DNA of 64,000 nt from Salisapilia sapeloensis CBS 127946 (Eukaryota > Protista > Oomycota). Below, piece by piece: positions 54,240 to 64,000 of the stretch. The notes under the pieces are model-generated. The model saw only the letters and a program-made list of their open reading frames with translations, did no database searches and had not been told where the DNA came from. Position numbers and translations under genes: made by a program. The stretch is from contig JAADVB010000084.1 in the NCBI GenBank assembly GCA_023334545.1, forward strand, positions 3,358 to 67,357, written 5' to 3'. Each line of letters begins with the position of its first letter. Positions within the stretch are counted from its first letter, which is position 1.

Positions 54240-56860
54240 TTCATAAACTTCCAAAAACTAACAAACAACAAATAATGATTAATACCAAAAAAAAGATGTA
54301 AACTATACGCAACAACTTTATAAAAAACAACAAATAGAACACAACAAAGCTTAGTTATACAATATATTGTTTAAAAGCATACGCAAATATTTTTGATTAC
54401 ACAGTACATATGTCGTTCTCAAAGATCTAAATCTTAGATTCATTTGTTTTCGTTAACTAAAAAAAAACACACACACAATCCTATTTTAACACACACGACA
54501 AAAATTTTGCACAAACTAAATGCAATCATATAAATGCTTATATACATGCAAAGGTCTATACCAATAAATGACACAAAGTTATAATCGATCTAACAATGAA
54601 CAAATCTCGTTTATATAAACAACAAATATGTAACAAATGCAATAGTTTCAATTAAAAAAAAAATCTATTTACTTATACGAATTAATAAACAATTGATTAA
54701 CATTAGTTTCAACGTTTGCGAATTAAACGGAAACTTTTTAGCTCAGTGTTTACACTCAAAATAACAGTTAAAACGGTAGTAAATTCTAAACAAGCTTGTA
54801 CATTAAAAATAATTCAAATTTGACAATTTTCTATTTACACATCGACATTAATCACAAAAACAATTATATGTTAAGCAGAACACCTAGAAATATAGGACAT
54901 CTTCATATTGTCAAAATATTTTTCTTTAGTATATTTCTTTTATTTTAATACCATTGTATACAAATTTATCGCTATAAGTAAACATATATAATACAAAAAG
55001 TTCATTAAAATAGGTTTAATGTTGTACTGTTCATACGCATAAAGAAAGACAAATTTGTAGCTCAATAAAAATTAGCTCCTTTAAACTATCAACATTTCAT
55101 AAGCAAAACATTTATTATATATATTTACAAAATTTACATGTTTATTTTCAAAATCTTTTGCACAGCGTAAGGCGTTTCTTAAAATTTGAATCTATGATAT
55201 AATAACTTTTTTAAAGTATGATTTATACGTTGAGAACTAATCAAAATTTTGTTAAATACAAAGAGTTCTGCAAAAAATGTAAAAAACTTTTAAAAAAATA
55301 ATTTTTTCTAACTAACATAAGATAATTACGCATTTGCCTACTAGAAAGCTTTATTGAGGTTGTACAAAAAAAAATAACTAACAAAATTTAGTGTTTAAAT
55401 TTCAGTATTAAGACTTATAAAATGTTTTGCTTATTAAAGGTATATTCAAAAGCTTGTTTTGTTGTATTGTAAAAATGTAAAGTTCACTTCTAATTTATAT
55501 TTTTATCAAATTGACTAATTAGTATCTTTTTATGTTTTTTAGCATACAACTTTCATAATATAAAAAAGTTAAATTGTATTATTTATTCAACAGAGGATAT
55601 AATTTAATATGCAATCCACGTTCATAAAAAAGGTGTTAAATTCAAATGATAATATTCAATTATTTTTGTAAATTGTTGGCATACGTAAAGCATCTAGTAT
55701 TATATCTATACGTCATGTAATGGTTTAATTTTATTTTATTTTTTGTGCGAAAACAAATTGTTATAATTATTTAAGTTTGTCATATTAATTTTTTGTGTTT
55801 TTTATTATTCATATTTTGAATAAATACCAAATCTTCTAATGATAGAAAGATTATTAATTGATAATACTTTGTTTCTTTACTGTTTCTGTATAACAAAGTT
55901 TTGAATTTAATGTTTTGCTAATTCGTAGACTAAGCATAAGTATTAAATTCTGTACTTATAGCCGCTTATAAGAAAATGAAATTTAATAATACAATCTTAA
56001 TTACGCAGTTTGTTATAGCTGCAATATTAAAGAATATAAATTTTTTACTTGTAAACAATGATGTTTAGCAAAACTAAGAATATATCAATATTTTAATCAC
56101 CTTTTTTTCTAAAACACTACTTAACTCTGTTTTAAGATTCTGTTAAGTAATTAGTTCTTATTTAAAAAAAAGAATTTGTCTGATTACTTCCATTACGAAA
56201 GTTTTGTTTGTAATTAAAACATGGGACTTATACTTTTGAGTAGCTTTCTATAATAATTTTATGGACATGTTTTTACACTATCTTGTATAAGACTTTTGTT
56301 TTAATATTTTTTAATAATTATAACAGTTTGTTGTACACGTTTTTGTATTACTTTTAGAATTTAATGAATTCTTTATTATAATGTATTTTTGTATGACTAA
56401 AAATATCTTGTTTATTTTATGCTTATAATTGTAGTCTAACCAAAGACATTTATGCACTCAGTGTTGTAGAGTTCAAAATTCGTTTACTTTTGCTCTTATT
56501 AATGTAATAACGAATACAATAAGTAGGTGTTTTGACATTCGGTCTTTGTTTGTGTTAAATATGTGGAGTTCAAGGTTTTTGGATCTTATTATTTGTACAA
56601 AGCACATCATTGTTTTTGTTTAAAGTTTTGTTATACATTTTATATTTTGCAGACTAACAAAAGTTTCTTCAGTCGCTTTTTTGCATTAACATGGTTACGC
56701 AATCTGTTTTTTATATCAAAATTGGTTTTATTTTAGAGTTTTGTACAAAGTTTTGCAGTCTTAAGTAATGTTTCTTCGTTGGATATAAAACAATCTGATG
56801 AATGTTAAAACGTGTTTTTGCGTTTTTATAAAAGTACAAAACAGAAGTTGATGTTGCTTA
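54240..56860. other. AT-rich trough (~20-25% GC) with strand-skew inversion near 55.2-55.5 kb
   Basis: Hand counts: 54301-54900 C~98 G~55, A>T; 56221-56820 C~62 G~90, T>A; ~40% GC shoulders on both sides; no genes between 51701 and 58388. Confidence 0.9.
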
Positions 56861-58387
56861 TTGTCGCTTTAAATGTATCACATGCGAACTGTTATGAAAC
56901 CGGTTGGTGACATAGCTGTTTATTTGGCGTAAATAAATGTTATGCGGGGCGTTGAATATGATGCTATACATGAGTCTAAACAACTTGTTAGGATCCGGCA
57001 AGGTATGATCAAAAGCGATAAACACTACTAGAAAATTGTTTTGACTGCCCATAAAGGCTCCTTTTAGGTTTCGTACTTCGTAAGTTAGCTGATAGAGCGC
57101 ACAGAATTGCCTACATGATCCATAGAATGACGTACTTGTGTCTCCGATCTATTTCATCACATTCGACAGACGTTACGCAAGGAATCGAATTCTGCCGTGG
57201 TCGACATCGCTCGGTTTAAGTTTATACGTCAGATAGTTCTATCCTAACTTTCTGCTTTCTCTAGTGTAACTTGAGTGGACTTCACCAATTATAACTCAGG
57301 GCAGTCGATGAGTAAAATGGGTTCTCATTTTCTTATGAGGATACACGCAAGAGATATGGACATGTCCTTCGTCCAGCTCTTTCGGCTCCGAAATGATGAT
57401 TGCCATGCGACGGACTCAGGCTCTTCTACCTATCACTTTCACTATCTCAAACGGATCCAAAAGATCCTGCTTGGCGCGACTGACGGCTTGATTCTTTCAA
57501 AGTTGAATAGGCCTAATACTCGAAATGTACTTTCATGATACTAACCATGATCTCTCCATGATCTTCATGCGACAAAGTTGTCTATGAGCTCTACGAGCGA
57601 AAATCTAAATTTGAGTATTCATTGTTTTTGTGGTGAGTTGTATAGATGCTTAGTAGTTTGTTATCAATAAACGAGCTGACTGCTAAAGCGAAAAAAACAT
57701 GGCGCCAGGACCAGAACATTTTACTCTTTTGTTTTGACTGTACTTCTGACAAACGAAGTCGTTTTTAGTTTGGCAAGGAAGCAGTAGAAGTACTATGATC
57801 TCCGTATGTTGAGTTGAAACTTTCATATATTCAAGAGTCTGCATTGAAAAATGTCATACAGCAACATATATCTCGTATCTATCGAATCAGTTTTTTGGTT
57901 AGGACGAAGGGACACAGTCTCAGGATGCTCACAAACTCTGTGTCGGGTGACGCGTACGCCAGCTTTTGACCGGTCGTGAAGCAATTTGTATTCGTGGGAT
58001 ATTTGCTACAATGATTTAATAGATGACCCTATCGTGGTTTCAAGGCAATTCTATCGCTTCTAGGTACATTTACAGACATTCTAACAGCTAAGAGCTAAGA
58101 ACTGAAGGAGTGCTTTCATCACACTCTTACCTACACAGTTGAAGTGTCGCTAACTGTTTGCACTTTTACGATGGTCGTTGATCTGAAGACTCATCGATAC
58201 CGATATGCAGAAGGTTTCACCGGTGAGGAGATCGTTCTCACGCAGACGACAGCTAAGCAGAAACGTGTATATCAATCGAAGAGTTAACTAAATTACTACA
58301 ATCCAACGGTGATAAGACGTGTATTCGTTTTAACGTTCCAAAACCAAAAGACTATTGCATTGATACTCTGCTAGTAAATCTAGAAAC

Positions 58388-59770
58388 CTACTGACTGTCG
58401 ACGGATTCGGACAAATCGGTGCTGACTAAAAGTCTCTCGCTCGTGCATCGTATATCTCCTGCTGGTCTCCATCGATCGATGAGATGATACGGCGCGTACA
58501 CTTTCACGTACTTGTTGGGACCCAAGTCGAGGGAGTTGAAGACGTCGGATGAGAAAACGGCCACAATACGTGTATGTAGAAGACCAGACTCATCCTGTGG
58601 TTCTATCGACTCGACGTACGCATCGTAGATGACCTGCCCTTGTCCAGCCTGCATGGATCGAGCCTTGCTATCGAGCCACAGGACCACGTGCTGTCTCTGC
58701 TGAATCAAATCTGTCGTCTGGCTCTGTCGCTGCCACAGACTCTGTCCGTTCGAGTGCAGAAGCGTCCGATCTTGTTGGATCTTATGCGTCGCTTTCTCCA
58801 ACAGCCTCCCAATCTTCCCTGGGACGACTCGAGGTCTCGACGGACCAACAGATCGTCGTTGTAGACCATTGGACGGCAACGGCGAGGAAAAGGATGTATT
58901 AAGCGCTTCGGAGCGCATGACTTGAGGCGTGTCTTCGATCCGGTCCGATCGATCGACAGCAGGATGTGGACTCATGTCGATGTTATTATTCTGGGAGTTA
59001 CGTATGGCTTGATTCAGTCTGTCTGAAAGTCGAATCTTTGGCTGGGAACTGGTCTCAGTAGGTAGAATACTGCGTGGTCTCGTTCCGGCAGCATGGCGTC
59101 TACATAAATACTGTCAATAACCATGGACTCTACTGTGCCATACAAGATTGACTTTGTGGACGCCTGGCGAGCACGCTTCTGACGCTGGAGACTTGTCTCT
59201 GCTTGCCTTTTGGCTCGGAAGGACGTCGTGGGGCGAGACCACCGGGCCGGTCGAGCGTCTGCTCGCTCGACTTTACACTCCAGAGGCTCTGGCTGATGGA
59301 TAGACGACTCACGACGCGGAGGCTCGTTCAGTGGCGTTTCATCCGGCATCTGAGCAATAGGAGACTGCGACCACCCGAGAGACTCTGCTGCTCTCGGCGT
59401 AATCTCTCCTCCGAGACTCTGACTCGCGTTCTCGAGCGAATCTGGCTGCGGCACGACTTGATCCTCTTGAGGTGGAGGCGTCATGGGTCTCAGTAGCGAT
59501 GCGAATGGGTTTACCTGGACATCTCGACTCTCTTCGCATTTCGAATGAGCTTATATTCAACGTATGTAGAGAGATGGAGAGCGTACCGACTTCGAGGCTG
59601 AAGGCTGCTTGCTCTCGAGGTCGTTCTCGGACGACAGTGGTGCTGTAGCTGTGCTCAGAGGATTGACTTTCGCCTATGATGGACTCATCTAGCTGTGTGG
59701 AGGGTTGGAAGATGTGTCGGCCTCGGGCGTCGGCGTCCAAGTCGTAGTAGACTCTCCGCTCGCCTTCCAT
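58388..59770 (-). CDS. SPIDR/DUF4502-like DNA-repair scaffold protein (3 exons)
   Basis: Three ORFs join in frame via a 37-nt GTACGC..ATAAG intron and a 44-nt GTATGG..TGTAG intron; disordered N-term; C-term GKIGRLLE..SLWQ and IVAVFSSDVFNSLDLGPNKYVKVYAPYHLID resembles SPIDR VAVLFTKET..VRIFPPW. Confidence 0.45.
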
Positions 59771-61139
59771 GCCTAGTTGTTGGGTTTCGCGGGTCTTTTG
59801 CTCCTTAAATGCTACTTTTTAGGAATGTAAAACTTCTCTCTATATGGAAGTTGGGTTGAAGAGTAGATTTGAAGAGATGCTTCCAATCTCAATAGCTCCA
59901 GGGTAATCACGGCTTTATCAGGTTATTAGTAGAGCGAAGAGCTCTACATGCCGATAGATAGCAAGTCTTTAGGAGCTGTTAACATATTTATAAATGCAAG
60001 CTTTGACGTGTTCATCAAAGAGACCGATGCATCTAATAACGCTACTCAGCTCTAGATAAAGCCTATGCGATGCGAATAGCACGAGGAGACGATCGCTCAA
60101 TACGACACCATGGTCTGCTAGATAGCTCTGTCCTAAGGTTAGACGCTTGCCATATATGTTATACCGTTTTCGCTGAGCATAACCGATGTTGTTTTTCGAC
60201 ATGCCAATGAAAATCTAGCGAAACAGTCCAATGCAACTTTCCCCTTCTATTGAATGCAAAAGCGATCATTCTGTACTGCCAATGCAGTTGCATTTACATA
60301 TTATTGGGCTAACTTGTCTCCCGTGCTCAATTCTATGCTAAAAATTACGTTTCCATCGCCATGCGCTGTAGCATGAGTTGTGTGAAAATTGCTGCATATA
60401 GATTACGCCTTTGAAGCGGACTAGACCTGAATCGATATACCCTCCGATATAATCTATCTTTTCGTCGACTAGGGAAAGAAAGATTATCGAAGCATAACAC
60501 CGATCGAAATTCGCACGTGCTCGTTCTCATATTGCATATTTTATCTCGCATAATCCTCCATGGTACTGTCAGCGAACACGACCATAAATGGTTTTGGTAC
60601 ATCTCGGTCTTCTCCTTTGATGCAATCAATAGGAGGGAATATTCGAGGATACAGTACGCGTCACAAATGTAGCCCAATTATGCCGACTGTCAATGTACTG
60701 CCCCTGCTCTGAAATAATACCGAAGAGCTCAATGTTGCAAGTAAATAGAATGCAATTTCAACCTGAAGGACTTCCGGCGATACACCACGGTACGCTCGAC
60801 ACTATTGCCCGACTATAGCATGACAGAGGAGCGGACAATCTAAGTGAATAGAAGTTGAGAGTGACGTAAGAGAAGGACGAATTGCCAAAGAGTCTGAAAT
60901 TGATGCTTATTACGGTTTTTGCGTATTCATTTTCATATTGCCTTATACTCCTTGCTTAATACCCGATTATCTGCTCAAAGAACACGACCCAAGTAGCTGC
61001 GTGTTTGCGCTAGTATGGCAATGGCGAATATGATCTAAAAGCTGTAGAGCATAAATATATATGAGCGAATCAAGATAAAAATTATTTTCCATTTGAAATG
61101 AAAACAAGTTAGGTTCCTCTCAGTCGTTTGCCCACGACC

Positions 61140-63245
61140 TCATTCTCGCTGACATTTCCTCTTCGATCGCATCTCTCGCTGACACTCTTGATATTCGGCA
61201 AACATTGTGTTATGCTTTTTGAGCCACCGTGCCACTACATCTCGTCCCCTCTTTCCACACCATGTAATCGCACTGGTACTATAGTCCTCCGGCCAATTGC
61301 GATGGAGATGTATGATCGTATCTAAATGGCCATAAATGGCCGCTAGATCAATGGGTTGGTCCGAGCATCCTTCCGTCCGACTCTCGTGGAGAAACTTGAC
61401 GACATCGAGGCGGCCGTGTTTGATGGCACCGTTCAGTGCCTCTTGGTCGCCTTCTTCCGACCGATTTTCATGCAACCACTGGACAACATCCAGATACCCA
61501 TTTCTACTCGCCTCGTTCATCGCTGCAGTCGAGTAACGTTCGTCGCTGCTCTCATGGAGGTACTGGACAATGTCTAGATTCCCGTTGGCAGCTGCAGCAT
61601 CCATGGCCTCTTGAGTGGACCCTTCGCTTCGATCGGCACGCAGCCATTTGACCATCCTCAAGTGACCATTTCGACAAGCGTAGGCTAAAGCATTTTAAAT
61701 GCACCCGTCGTTTCGATTCTCCTGCAGCCACTCGGCAACGTTCAAGCTTTCGTAGGTTGCTGCCGTGCCCATCAGCTCTTTCGTCGAAATGACAAGTTGC
61801 GTCTCCAAGAAAAACTGGACCATCTATAGATGACCAATGGCAGCTGCTACTACCGCACACGATTTGGTGTCCGTTTTCTCTCTCTCTCCAAAAGAAAAGA
61901 AACTGTTTCAATATCAGCATCTCGTATCGCTGCATATTTTACCTGGTCTATATTCGCATGAGGAAATACAACTAGCAGTTTTGCACTATTTCTAGCCGAT
62001 CATACCTTCCTGTATCGTCCTGCAGTGCACCGACGAGGTACGCTACGACATGCATTTGGCCAGAAATGGATGCCTTCCATATCCACTTTTGCTTGTTCCG
62101 ATCTACTAGTTCTGGACAATGCTCACGGATCACATGAATGCAATCGAGATCACCTTCATGCGCACACTGGTCGAGTCCGATACTGACGGGAGCAACGTCA
62201 CCAAGTGCCCGTGGTAACAAGCAGCGCACTACGTTCACACACGCCCTATATTCGCTTCTACTCAGCAACTTCGCTATTTGTTGCTCTTGCTTATGCGCTG
62301 AGAAGTGTTCTAAAAGAAATTGAACAGCTTGCAGTTGATCTTTTGCAGCAGCCTCTTCAATTGCTTTTGACTCTACCAGCTTTTCCTCTGGATGAGCCAG
62401 TAGCCATTTTATTGTTTCGATATGACTATTCCCGGCGGCCAGCTCGAGCGTGTGAGGTGAAGTTTTAGGACCTTGCTTTATCTTTCGAACGGATAACCAC
62501 TCGAGAATATCGATGTGGTTGTTTGAGGCTGCTCCCTCCATCGCTTGGATCGTGGACCCTTCTTGTAGATTTTCTTTCAGCCACTCCAATACATACGAAT
62601 GACCGTTCGTTGCTGCTCCATCCATAGCATCCGTCGTACACCCCTTACTTCGGTTATGGTGGAGACATTGGATTAGCGCCAGATAGCCTCCAGCACAAGC
62701 ATTGTCCATGGCATGGCGGGTGGCAGCACCGCCATCGTCTCAAAGAGAATGGAGACTCTGGATTGTTTCTAGATGACCTCCTTCAGCTGCGTTGCCGATG
62801 CATTGGCAGGTGAACGATGTATACGGTCGATTGGTATACATCCATTGGGCTAGCGCCAAATGCCCTCCCATGGCAGCGGTATCCAACGCTCGAAGGGACA
62901 AGTACAATTGTGGACGGAAGGAATACAGAGTAGTGACGATGTCAAAGCGACCATCTTTGGCAGCGTTTTCAATTGCATCGTCCCACTCGTCACGAGAGAC
63001 GGAGCACTCGACGAGGGTACACTATCGCCGTAAGAGATGACTCGATTCATATTTACTCGCTTTTAAAATGCGTATACTCGGAGATGGGTCAAGGAAAACA
63101 GTGATATACTCAGCTACGTCATCGCTAAGGCATGGAATCTGGAATTGCTTGCTCCGAATTACCACGGAGACGGAAGTGAAGGAAGGGTTTTCATTTGTGT
63201 TGGAACAACCAGCGTGAGCTTCGGAAGGGAAATCGGAGAGTGCTT
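61140..63245 (-). pseudogene. Oomycete-type ankyrin-repeat protein pseudogene
   Basis: Repeats such as MDAAAANGNLDIVQYLHE and TTDAMDGAATNGH; in-frame stops at about 63022, 62740, 61824 and 61695; frame change near the (TC)n tract at 61877-61888; no in-frame ATG. Confidence 0.85.
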
Positions 63246-63499
63246 CATTTATCCTCTAATATGCAAATATCGAATATGTCTCCAGTCTTTGTGATGATTG
63301 CTGCAAAAGTAGCATCCGGTGTCCAGATTATTCGCCATGACTCCTCTAATGGGCCAGATCTGGGTCTGGTGCCATCTTGGGGTACCACGAAGGGCTCCAA
63401 GGAACAGCGTCTTGTTTGTTGTATCGTAAATTCCGTACCGTACTTCCTGAGATCATGCCTACATTATCCACTCATTTTGATTCAACGTCAAGTTGATTG

Positions 63500-64000
63500 A
63501 TGAAACGCAGCTTACCGATCCAAACACATACGACCTCAAAGTCCTCATTATTCAAATATCCACGCAACCTGCAAATGGCAGCTCTTAACTTTCAGAGACA
63601 ACTCGAACACAAGCGGAATGCTTCTGAAGAGGTTCCACCCTCTTTCCAACTATCCGCTCACGCCGTGCTTAAAACCCACTCAAGCGTAGAGCTGGATCAA
63701 CCTGTAGGTAATGGCACGTTTCTGCCAAACTCAGGCCCTACGACTACTTCCACCGTCACCTGTAAATTTTCCCGGTTGAGTCCACCAGGAAGAGTGTGCG
63801 ATGAGATACGACGAGCTTCTGTCGTTATGCGTCAAGTCGTTACGGAAGCTTCACATCTAGTAAACTTGCATGTTCGCCGATGCATCAAGGACGGGAAGTT
63901 TTACCCCAACTAGACCAAAACTTCTTTTACCGCTGTCAGTCCGCTGTGCTTACAAACCCAAAGCACGGTAAACAAAAAAACGCTCGTTACCAAATACCCG
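63500..64000 (+). mobile_element. Probable Fanzor1 (TnpB-derived RNA-guided nuclease) ORF, N-terminal part, with 1-nt frameshift; 3' partial
   Basis: TVTCKFSRL..VCDEIRRASVVMRQVVTEASHLVNLHVRRCIKDG, continuing in the -1 frame from ~63901 as LPQLDQNFFYRCQSAVL; matches my recall of the Fanzor1 N-terminal pattern (vK..l..i...V...s.i..EA..l.NLHv.Rc...g.plP.LdQ.Ff.rc). RuvC lies outside the window. Confidence 0.6.

Noticed and set aside
54240-56860. AT trough as a mitochondrial insertion (NUMT)
   Set aside because: GC is similar to oomycete mtDNA, but I found no mitochondrial ORF, rRNA or tRNA motif, and the edges are gradual rather than sharp. A BLASTN against mtDNA is still advisable.
54240-56860. 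AT trough as a large inverted repeat or as RIP product
   Set aside because: Composition is mirror-symmetric but no alignable inverted arms were found by eye; CpA and CpG are abundant, unlike RIP or CpG decay.
57296-57470. Minus-strand fragment LLDPFEIVKVIGRRA*
   Set aside because: Resembles both an AGC-kinase start (FEIVKVIGRGAFG) and the gypsy post-integrase GPF.I..IG motif; too short and interrupted to call either.
59948-60060. FIKETDASNNA resembling the Ty3 RNase H TDAS motif
   Set aside because: Isolated 4-residue match with no RT or integrase context and stops immediately after.
61140-63245. Stop-codon readthrough or an alternative genetic code suggested by in-frame stops in the ankyrin gene
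   Set aside because: All three stop types occur together with a frameshift, and all other genes read normally in the standard code.

Overview
Eukaryotic genomic window, most consistent with a compact, flagellated oomycete-like stramenopile (short GT-AG introns of mostly ~40-90 nt, oomycete-type ankyrin repeats, GH5 exo-beta-1,3-glucanase, Drosha-like RNase III, ARL13). The species cannot be identified from sequence alone. From 1 to ~51.7 kb it is densely packed with ~35 mostly housekeeping genes (RPB4, iPGM, HEATR5, GOS1, SR protein, DNAJC21, ATP12, PI31, IBA57, RBM22, Drosha-like, MRPL32, RIB7, MsrB, DHHC, VPS52, INTS3, PSMB5, SPX phosphate transporter, TIM9, Qc-SNARE). Intergenic gaps are as short as 9-90 bp. 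From ~51.7 to 64 kb it is gene-poor: a ~6.7-kb gene-free interval with a ~2.6-kb AT-rich trough (~20-25% GC) in which both AT and GC skew invert (candidate short centromere or replication origin), a SPIDR-like gene, an ankyrin pseudogene, and at the right edge the 5' part of a probable Fanzor1 (TnpB-derived RNA-guided nuclease) ORF carrying a 1-nt frameshift. All family assignments come from motif recognition by eye, exon boundaries are inferred manually, and base counts are approximate hand counts.
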